64,000 nucleotides of DNA from Candidatus Babeliales bacterium (GTDB lineage: Bacteria > Babelota > Babeliae > Babelales > JANWKD01), in contig CAVXJH010000003.1 of NCBI GenBank assembly GCA_963762115.1, positions 192,001 through 256,000 of the forward strand, read 5' to 3'. The number at the start of each line of letters is the position of its first letter. Positions within the stretch are counted from its first letter, which is position 1. The notes under the pieces are model-generated. The model saw only the letters and a program-made list of their open reading frames with translations. It was not told the DNA's origin and made no database searches. Both the position numbers and the translations under genes were made by a program. This document shows positions 56,707 to 64,000 of this stretch, in pieces.

Positions 56707-58149
56707 ATGTATATTCAATTTATCGTTTCATTTATTGTGTATCTTATCATTGTTTTAGCAATAGGCATTTTTGCAGCGCGTAGTCAAACACAAAAAAACA
56801 CCGAACAATCAAGCGATTTTTTATTAGGCGGACGATCAACACATTGGTTTTTAACGGCACTTTCTGCGCACGCGGCTGATATGAGCGATTGGTTATTCAT
56901 GGGTTTGCCAGCTGCCGTTTATGTGCAAGGTGGTTATGAAATTTGGATCCCCATCGGTCTTTTAGTTGGCATGTCTTGCGTGTGGCAGTTTATCGCTAAA
57001 CGATTACGTGTTGTCTCGGCACAGTATCATGGCGTTACTTTAGCTTCATATTTTAAAAATCGATTTGCTGACACTTCAGGAATACTCATTTCTGTGTGTG
57101 CATTAATTTCATTTTTCTTTTTTTCTATTTATCTTTCCGTTGGCTTAAAAGGCGTTGGCTATGTTTTGAAATCAGCTTTTCATCTTGATTATCATGTTGG
57201 CGCTTTTTTAGCAGTAATTGTTGTTATAACCTATACTGTTGTGGGCGGATTTGTTTCTGTTGCATGGATTGATCTATTTCAAGGTCTTTTTTTATTAGCA
57301 ATGCTTATGCTCGTTCCTCTTGTTGGTTTTTTTAAGATTGGTGGTTTTGCAGCAATTATTAAAGCAGCACTTCTAAAGAACATCTCATTATCGCTTGTGC
57401 CAGATTTTTCATTGCGCGGCATTCTTTCTATTCTCCTTAATCCCTTTGCTTGGTGTTTGGGCTATTTTGGTATGCCTCATGTGCTCACAAAGTTTATGGG
57501 CACCGATGATCCAGAACAATTGCATAAAGCAAAATATGTTGGTGTTACTTGGCAATTATTAGCAACAACATCTGCTGTTGCTGTTGGCCTTGTTGGCATT
57601 GCCTTTTTCATGAATGGTGTTCCTGGAAAGCCTGAGTTTATATTTATTGAGATGACTAAAGCACTTTTTGATCCTTGGTTTGCCGGTATTGTTTTATGCG
57701 CTATTTTGGCGGCAACAATTTCCACCGTTGACTCGCAACTTTTAGTACTTGCGAGTATTATTGCACAAGATTTTTATAAAAATATTTTTTGTAAACAGGC
57801 AACAACAAAGCAAATGCTCTTTGTGTATCGTTGCGCATTAGTTGGCGCAGCATTTACCGGCTATGCAATTGCATGGAATGAAGAAAGCACGATTATGTCG
57901 TTGGTAAAATATGCCTGGTCAGGATTGGGATCATCATTTGGACCGTTAATGATCCTTTCTCTCTATTCAACCACGGTGAACAAATATGGTGCAATTACCG
58001 GTATTCTTGCTGGCGCTTTTGTTTCTGCAACATGGGATATAATAAATCCCTCTATTACAATCATGCCAATCTATTCAATCGTACCTGGATTTGTTGTTGG
58101 CTTAATAACTATTTATGGCGTTTCATTGATAACTAAAAAGCTAAAATAA
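56707..58149 (+). CDS. putP: Sodium/proline symporter (SSS family)
   Basis: DFLLGGR, ALSA.AADMS.WLFMGLP, LGYFGMPH, YAWSGLGSSFGP. Confidence 0.92.
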   Translation: MYIQFIVSFIVYLIIVLAIGIFAARSQTQKNTEQSSDFLLGGRSTHWFLTALSAHAADMSDWLFMGLPAAVYVQGGYEIWIPIGLLVGMSCVWQFIAKRLRVVSAQYHGVTLASYFKNRFADTSGILISVCALISFFFFSIYLSVGLKGVGYVLKSAFHLDYHVGAFLAVIVVITYTVVGGFVSVAWIDLFQGLFLLAMLMLVPLVGFFKIGGFAAIIKAALLKNISLSLVPDFSLRGILSILLNPFAWCLGYFGMPHVLTKFMGTDDPEQLHKAKYVGVTWQLLATTSAVAVGLVGIAFFMNGVPGKPEFIFIEMTKALFDPWFAGIVLCAILAATISTVDSQLLVLASIIAQDFYKNIFCKQATTKQMLFVYRCALVGAAFTGYAIAWNEESTIMSLVKYAWSGLGSSFGPLMILSLYSTTVNKYGAITGILAGAFVSATWDIINPSITIMPIYSIVPGFVVGLITIYGVSLITKKLK

Positions 58150-58161
58150 GAGAAACATTCT

Positions 58162-58686
58162 TTATTCAAATCCCTTAAGAATTTGCATGGCATGATTAGC
58201 AACATCCACCTTATCAATGCGAGCAATAATAATTCCATGTTCATCGATCAGAAAGGTCTTTCGTGATGGCATCGGAAGACACCAACCGCCAAGACATTTA
58301 ACGGCACCATAAGCTTTGGCGCAATTTTTATTGGTATCGTGCAACAATGGGAAAGGGAGCTGATGATGTGATTTAAATTTTTTGTGTGATGTTGCATTAT
58401 CAAAATTAATCCCAAATACAACAATTCCCTTTTTTTGTAATAATGAAAAATTATCACGTAGTTGGCAGACTTGTTTTGTACACCCCGGCGTTTCATCCCT
58501 GGGATAAAAACAAAGAACAACTTTTTTCCCTCTATAATCCTCTAGCTTATGCAAAACGCCACTTTCATCAAAAAGTTGCCAAGATGGAGCCTTATCTCCT
58601 TTATTAAGTAGCTTTTTTCCCAGACTAATAGAAGGGATTAGTATTATTAGAAAAAACATACAAAGTAAAAAAAATTTTTGAATCAT
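58162..58686 (-). CDS. bcp: BCP/PrxQ peroxiredoxin with N-terminal signal
   Basis: FYPRDETPGCTKQVC, RKTFLID. Confidence 0.9.
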   Translation of the reverse strand: MIQKFFLLCMFFLIILIPSISLGKKLLNKGDKAPSWQLFDESGVLHKLEDYRGKKVVLCFYPRDETPGCTKQVCQLRDNFSLLQKKGIVVFGINFDNATSHKKFKSHHQLPFPLLHDTNKNCAKAYGAVKCLGGWCLPMPSRKTFLIDEHGIIIARIDKVDVANHAMQILKGFE

Positions 58687-58790
58687 TAATTCACCATACT
58701 ATAATGTATAACTTTCTTATTGAGAATAATAAAAGGATAGTAAAAGGTGACACCATTGTAAACATACAATACAGTTCAAAACATACCTTT

Positions 58791-59687
58791 TTATGATCGT
58801 GGGTGTTTTTTATCGTATATTTTTCGTAAATAACTTACTTCAACATGTGTATAAATTTGTACCGTTGAAATATTTTCATGACCTAATAAAAGTTGTAATG
58901 AACGTAAATTAGCACCATTTTTAAGTAAATGAGTGGCCAATGAATGGCGCAAAGTATGCGGCGAAATAGTTCTATTTATTGTCGTTTTTTTGCATAATTC
59001 TTTTAATATTGCCCAAAATGCTTGGCGAGAAATTGGTTTAAGTATGCCTGAATACAAAGTCGGAAAGAGACAATCAGTTTTTCCGTGAACTTTCATAAAA
59101 TTTTTATGATTTGTTTCTAAATAATTACGAAGCATGCTCATCACTGATTGTGGCAAAGGAATAATTCTCCCCTTACCTCCTTTTCCCATAACTTCAAGGT
59201 GCCCAGTATCAAAATGAATACTTGAACAGGTCAACGTAGTTAGTTCGGTGATACGTAATCCTGAAACATACAAAAGATAGAGCATAACCTTATTGCGTTG
59301 TGCCATCTGAGAAGTATCTTTATCGGCTACCATAAAAAGTTCTTGTATTTCACTTTCTGACAAATAATTAGGTAATTTTTTTCCAAGTTTAGGAAATGTT
59401 AAATCAACCGTATAATTTTTCCAATCGAATGTATCATGAGCCCATGCAAAAAAACTTTTTAATGATGAAATTTTGCGCGACATACTTTGCGCTGATAGTC
59501 GTTCTTTTTTTAATTGAGCTAAAAATGATTTTAAGTGATCAAATGTTGTATCGGACAAAGCGCTATTTTGGTTGTTCAAAAAAACGACAAACTGTCGAAT
59601 ATCATTCATATAAGCGTGAAAAGTATTAATCGCTATGCGTCGTTCGGTTAATAGATACGCTTCAAATTTATTAAGTATTGATTCCAT
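58791..59687 (-). CDS. xerD: Tyrosine recombinase of XerD/XerC type
   Basis: SGLRITEL, GKGGK.R, SPHTLRHSLATH, LLGH..ISTVQIYTHV, HPR; XerD versus XerC is tentative. Confidence 0.85.
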   Translation of the reverse strand: MESILNKFEAYLLTERRIAINTFHAYMNDIRQFVVFLNNQNSALSDTTFDHLKSFLAQLKKERLSAQSMSRKISSLKSFFAWAHDTFDWKNYTVDLTFPKLGKKLPNYLSESEIQELFMVADKDTSQMAQRNKVMLYLLYVSGLRITELTTLTCSSIHFDTGHLEVMGKGGKGRIIPLPQSVMSMLRNYLETNHKNFMKVHGKTDCLFPTLYSGILKPISRQAFWAILKELCKKTTINRTISPHTLRHSLATHLLKNGANLRSLQLLLGHENISTVQIYTHVEVSYLRKIYDKKHPRS

Positions 59688-59868
59688 AATTTAAAACTAC
59701 TTTTTTTTAAAAAAATAAAATTGCTATAAAGATCGTTGATATTCGATTGTACCAATACTATGTAAAAAGATCATCTGAAAGCAACTTTAAAAAATAGTAC
59801 TTGCAAAATAAGTATTTATGAAGTAAATAATTATCATTATAAAACATACCTCACTAAAAAAGGAACCC

Positions 59869-60357
59869 ATGAATAAAAATTACAAAATAGTACTTTTGAC
59901 TTCTTGCTTGTTGCTATCAATTTCATTACAAGCCATGAACAAAAAATCGGGGGGATTAAGTTTATCAACAAATGCGAGTGCAATAAGTGATGGCATTGGC
60001 AATATGCTATCAGATCCATCTACCCTGACTTCAAGTTTATGTACTATTGCTTGGCATAGCATCAACAACAATGCGAGATCAGGTTTTTTTGATAGCAACA
60101 CATTAAAGGATCCACATGTTATGTATTCGATTGCAGGTGGTATTATTGGCAAAACAATAAAATCAACGATAACTCATGAATCATTTAAAAAATTACCAAG
60201 TCCAATACAGGTAGTTATTGCAAATCCCTTTTTAAGTACCTATGTTGGTTTGCATTGTTATTTTAAATATAATGAAATAAAAAATAATCCTTTGCCCTAT
60301 CTTGGTGAAATAGGATTATTAGGCGTACATTTTCTCAGCAAGCAGTGGGGTTATTAG
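59869..60357 (+). CDS. Secreted/membrane hypothetical protein
   Basis: AAGGAA RBS; signal ending LQA-MN. Confidence 0.75.
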   Translation: MNKNYKIVLLTSCLLLSISLQAMNKKSGGLSLSTNASAISDGIGNMLSDPSTLTSSLCTIAWHSINNNARSGFFDSNTLKDPHVMYSIAGGIIGKTIKSTITHESFKKLPSPIQVVIANPFLSTYVGLHCYFKYNEIKNNPLPYLGEIGLLGVHFLSKQWGY

Positions 60358-60410
60358 TAAACAATAAATTATTAGTAAAAATATATATAGGGTTGTGCAT
60401 AACACGAAAA

Positions 60411-60498
60411 CGTCATTCTGAGGCACCTTGTGCCGTAGGAATCCAATATTTTTTAATTAAATCTGGATTACTATGTCGCTTCGCTCCTCATAATGACG
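60411..60498. repeat. REP/RPE-like palindromic doublet, copy F (short)
   Basis: CGTCATTCTGAGGCACCTTGTGCCGTAGGAATCCA ... TGGATTACTATGTCGCTTCGCTCCTCATAATGACG. Confidence 0.8.
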
Positions 60499-60562
60499 CT
60501 GTTTGCTTTGTTATTATTTTATTTACATGTGCATAGCTTAAAGATGGTTGCTATAAAAAACA

Positions 60563-60600
60563 AAAAAGCCCCCGATTATAAAAATAATCGAGGGCTTTTT
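60563..60600. terminator. Bidirectional terminator
   Basis: AAAAAGCCCCCGATTAT / ATAATCGAGGGCTTTTT. Confidence 0.8.
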
Positions 60601-60616
60601 AATGTTTAAAAAATTA

Positions 60617-62038
60617 TTAATATGCTTTTGCAATAAGAATATCTGAGATTGAAGATTCATCGCAAAAAAAACAAGATGAGAAAGTAATTTCATCAAGTAA
60701 GCAACGAATAGTCGCCTTATATTTCTTTACTTGTTCTTCACATGAAGCCTTGCGGCACCACCCTGTTTGATAAAAGCCGCCATCTTTTTCTAACATTGGC
60801 CCAAATTCAGCAATTTTTTCACCAGTATGCCACTGCTTTTTTAATCGTTCTTCTGCTCGTTTATATAATTCATGATGCAATAAAGCAAGACGCCCTTGCA
60901 CCGCTTCAATTACTTTCTCAAAAGGAATGGTCTCTTTTGCTAATCCCAAACGATCGGCAATTACCACGGTGCCATTGGCAATATCACGAGGACCAATTTC
61001 AATACGAACAGGTACACCTTTTAATTCCCAATGAAAAAATTTCTCACCTGGTCGCATATGTTCATTATCGTCAATTTTAATGCGGCAAGAATTTTTTAAT
61101 TGTTGTGCAATTGTTTGAACAACAGAAAGCAATGCTTGTTTATCTTCATCAGTTTTAAAAATAGGAATAATCACGACTTGAATCGGTGCAATTTTTGGCG
61201 GCAACACAAGACCTTTTTGATCACCATGTACCATAACAACAGCACCTATTGAGCGAGTCGTAAACCCCCAACTAGTTAGATAAGGATGCTCAAGGCCACC
61301 TTCGCGTGTTTGATAGGTGATTCCAAAAGCTTTTGAAAAATTGCGTGAGATAATATGAGAAGTACACATTTGTAATGCTTTGCCATCTTGCATTAATGCT
61401 TCAATGGTATAGGTTGTATCAGCACCAGCAAATTTTTCACTTTCAGATTTTTGTCCTGGAATGGCTGGAATGGCTAAATAATTTTTAATTACATCTAAAT
61501 ATTCATGAAACATCATACGCGCTTCATCTTCTGATTCTTGCGCCGTTTCGTGAGCAGTATGGCCTTCTTGCCACAAAAATTCTGTTGTGCGTAAAAATGG
61601 TCGTGTGCGCATTTCCCATCGCACAACATTACCCCATTGATTAATTTTCATCGGTAAGTCGCGCCACGATTTTATCCATTGCGCAAACATATAATGAATA
61701 ATTGTTTCAGATGTTGGTCGAACCACTAATGGTTCTTCAAGTTCTTTACCGCCACCATGAGTAACAATAGCAAGTTCCGGTGCAAAACCTTCAACATGTT
61801 TTGCTTCTTTTTCTAAAAATGATTTAGGAATAAAAATGGGAAAATAAGCATTTTCATGTCCGGTATCTTTTATTTTTTTATCTAAAATATCTCGAATATT
61901 TTCCCATATAGCATAACCATAAGGGCGTATTACCATACAACCACGCACAGGAGATTGATCTGCTAATTGCGCTTCATACACAACATCTTGGTACCATTCA
62001 GGAAACTGTTTTTGAATATCGGAAAGTTTTTTACTCAT
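60617..62038 (-). CDS. proS: Proline-tRNA ligase (archaeal/eukaryotic-like type)
   Basis: VRGCMVIRPYG, RPTSET, RWEMRTRPFLRTTEFLWQEGH, C-terminal AKAY; no INS editing domain. Confidence 0.96.
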   Translation of the reverse strand: MSKKLSDIQKQFPEWYQDVVYEAQLADQSPVRGCMVIRPYGYAIWENIRDILDKKIKDTGHENAYFPIFIPKSFLEKEAKHVEGFAPELAIVTHGGGKELEEPLVVRPTSETIIHYMFAQWIKSWRDLPMKINQWGNVVRWEMRTRPFLRTTEFLWQEGHTAHETAQESEDEARMMFHEYLDVIKNYLAIPAIPGQKSESEKFAGADTTYTIEALMQDGKALQMCTSHIISRNFSKAFGITYQTREGGLEHPYLTSWGFTTRSIGAVVMVHGDQKGLVLPPKIAPIQVVIIPIFKTDEDKQALLSVVQTIAQQLKNSCRIKIDDNEHMRPGEKFFHWELKGVPVRIEIGPRDIANGTVVIADRLGLAKETIPFEKVIEAVQGRLALLHHELYKRAEERLKKQWHTGEKIAEFGPMLEKDGGFYQTGWCRKASCEEQVKKYKATIRCLLDEITFSSCFFCDESSISDILIAKAY

Positions 62039-62121
62039 AGCACATATTATTTTAGCGTAGTATAAAAGATAACAACATGCTTAAAATACTGCATATTTGG
62101 AAGAAAGTAAAAAAACTTTAT

Positions 62122-63495
62122 TTATACAATCCTACAGTCTTTGCCCTTTGGAGTATTTTTTGGTTTATCTGCATAATAACGTTGCAATGCAACATCATGG
62201 TTTTCTTGGTCTCCAACAATAATAACTGGCGAGACTTCAGATTCCTCAAGTTGCGCCATACCAATAGGGGTAGTTGGCGCTTGCCAAGAAAATGGCACCT
62301 GTTCATTTTCTTCAGTTACTATGTAATCAGAAGGCTCTTCGATCAATTTTTCAACAAAGCGCTTATTAACCGGTTCTTCTAAAGAACGTGGTCTTATGCT
62401 TTGAGATTTTTTCTTTTTAGGAAGTACTACAGAAGAAGACATCTTTGACAATTTCTTTTCTGTTCTCTTAAGCGGTGAGCCAGAAGGAGGCGTTTTAGAG
62501 GATCTTAAATTATCACTACCCAATGCACGTGATAATGCTTTTTCATTATATGAAGTAGGTCGAGGACTTTTTTTGTATCCTTCATGATTACCCTCATCAT
62601 CAATTAAAGGTTCATAATCATGATCAGATTCAGAATCTGTGTTACGAATGACAATGCTATCCGATTCAAAACTTTTTCTCGGCGTCGAATCATCAGATGA
62701 TCGTGATAAGCTTTTTGGCGTTATTGTTGCTGGACTTCCATCATCATCATCCTCTTCTGAACTTGAACTTGATTCATCAGAAGCATCATTTGATCCACCT
62801 GAAGAAAAATAACCACGATTTGGAGATGTTGGAGAAGTAATACGTCTATGCAAGTCCTGAAAATTTATACGAGGTACCTGTTGAAGATTAAGGCCATGTT
62901 TTGGTTTTCTTCTTGCGAATTCTTCACTATCATCCTCTTCTGAACTTGAAGATGTTGAAATATCATTATTTTTATCCAAATGTTTTAGTATATTAGATAA
63001 TTTTTTATCAATACTATCCATTCGCACAGAACTTTTTTTATAACAATTACATAGCCGAATGAGACCATTAGAACAAACATCAAGATTCTTTTGCATCTGA
63101 ATCATTGATGGCAATTCTTCGGCATATTGTTTGCCTATCCATTCTTGAAATAATTTTTGTATTTCTTCTTCAGAAATTCTTGGTGATGGTTGTTGCGGAT
63201 TAAGCTGAGCTTTTAATGTATTAAGTTCATTAGTAACTTTTTCAACTTCAGTTTCTTCTTTGGGCATTCTAAAAATAAAACGAAATGTTTTTTTTGCCAA
63301 AGGGGCACATTTTTCAACGGCAAATAAACCTACAACAACACAACAGGCACCTTTCCAAAAATCAACATCGCTTACATTGCTTAAATATTCCTTACCCGAA
63401 TCATAAAGCCAAGATAAAGGATGTGCTTCTAATGAATCAGATGAAAACAATAAGACACAAAAGAAACTTATCGCAATAATAAATTTTTTTTTCAT
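62122..63495 (-). CDS. Secreted Ser-rich low-complexity protein with C-terminal CaaX-like motif
   Basis: GGAG RBS; signal ending LEA; coiled coil; S/D/E-rich tracts; ends KGKDCRIV. Confidence 0.82.
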   Translation of the reverse strand: MKKKFIIAISFFCVLLFSSDSLEAHPLSWLYDSGKEYLSNVSDVDFWKGACCVVVGLFAVEKCAPLAKKTFRFIFRMPKEETEVEKVTNELNTLKAQLNPQQPSPRISEEEIQKLFQEWIGKQYAEELPSMIQMQKNLDVCSNGLIRLCNCYKKSSVRMDSIDKKLSNILKHLDKNNDISTSSSSEEDDSEEFARRKPKHGLNLQQVPRINFQDLHRRITSPTSPNRGYFSSGGSNDASDESSSSSEEDDDDGSPATITPKSLSRSSDDSTPRKSFESDSIVIRNTDSESDHDYEPLIDDEGNHEGYKKSPRPTSYNEKALSRALGSDNLRSSKTPPSGSPLKRTEKKLSKMSSSVVLPKKKKSQSIRPRSLEEPVNKRFVEKLIEEPSDYIVTEENEQVPFSWQAPTTPIGMAQLEESEVSPVIIVGDQENHDVALQRYYADKPKNTPKGKDCRIV

Positions 63496-63589
63496 GATTT
63501 TTGCTCCAATATTTTTAAAACCTCTCATGAACATAGAGTACACTAGAAAAATATAATGAAGCAATAAAATGCATTAATTGGAGCATACT

Positions 63590-64000
63590 TCATTTTTTTA
63601 TTGCTTTTTTTAAGGTTTTTTTTGTTTTTGTTTTAGAATGATGACTTAGGCTAGCTTTAAGTGATTCCATGAGTGATTTATCACGTTTAATTTTTTTTGG
63701 CTTTTCCTCTAAAGAAATTTTTCTACGCCCTTTATTTTTTTTAATAGCAAGAGCAAGATTCTCAGCAAAAGTATCTTTAAGATGACTAATATCAAACTTT
63801 TTTTTTGTTCGCTGTGCAATTAATTGTAAGGCAAGTTTTAATTCATCATGTGGAATTGAGGGAATAACGTTTAATGTTTCTAAATATTCAAATTTTTTAA
63901 TTTCATAATCATAATTAAGTGTTGTAAGTAAGAGTCCATTTTGATAAGGCGAAATAACACATACATGTTCTTTATCTTTAATAACAAAAGTCCCAATTGC
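63590..64000 (-). CDS. ku: Ku (NHEJ end-binding protein), C-terminal part; truncated by the window edge and absent from the ORF track
   Basis: Manual translation: AIGTFVIKDKEHVCVISPYQNGLLLTTLNYDYEI...ELKLALQLI...FDISHLKDTF...SLMESLKASL plus basic tail; TGA at 63590-63592. Confidence 0.85.
   Translation of the reverse strand, partial: AIGTFVIKDKEHVCVISPYQNGLLLTTLNYDYEIKKFEYLETLNVIPSIPHDELKLALQLIAQRTKKKFDISHLKDTFAENLALAIKKNKGRRKISLEEKPKKIKRDKSLMESLKASLSHHSKTKTKKTLKKAIKK

Noticed and set aside
58791..59687. Tyrosine recombinase as a prophage or island integrase
   Set aside because: Size and motifs fit a chromosomal Xer; no att repeats, tRNA or phage genes nearby
4819..60498. Palindromic repeats as a CRISPR array or tRNAs
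   Set aside because: They are dispersed, with no regular repeat-spacer period, no cas genes and no cloverleaf or T-loop consensus
60345..60536. 63-aa ORF
   Set aside because: Spans repeat copy F; probably spurious
530..63479. Numerous 60-135 aa ORFs antisense to or out of frame within long genes (e.g. 2938-3216, 16370-16696, 30098-30505, 38885-39184, 55218-55604)
   Set aside because: Shadow ORFs of well-supported CDSs, with no independent motifs

Overview
AT-rich bacterial chromosome segment. It is probably from an intracellular protist-associated lineage such as Ca. Dependentiae/Babelota (TM6); this is inferred from gene content and the many signal-peptide ORFans, not from a database hit. 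Housekeeping genes (pgk, rpiB, pepA, ftsW, murD, ileS, lnt, rplI, dnaB, ruvC, recF, dnaN, putP, bcp, xerD-like, proS) are scattered among many secreted hypothetical proteins. Main observations: (1) 14 ORFs have a signal peptide whose predicted mature protein starts with Met, mostly Met-D/E/N/Q. Some of these, and other secreted proteins, carry eukaryote-like features (SOCS-box-like motif, HPD-less J-domain, DOT1-like methyltransferase, CaaX box), which suggests an effector export repertoire. (2) Three unrelated neighbouring proteins end in an ssrA-like (A/V)IAAA tail; two share an identical 24-nt end, and one is an FtsH-like AAA protein with HEXXH changed to HQSGH. (3) A dif-like site at 49006-49033 coincides with a hand-sampled G-to-C skew switch, so this looks like the replication terminus, yet dnaN-recF lies about 3 kb away with no dnaA. 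(4) A family of REP/RPE-like palindromic doublets carries nested mini-repeats, and one copy is interrupted by an intact IS481-family element. (5) There is a split NHEJ system: separate LigD phosphoesterase and polymerase genes, plus a partial Ku gene at the window end that the ORF track missed. (6) A candidate sRNA lies downstream of recF. No rRNA, tRNA or CRISPR array was seen.
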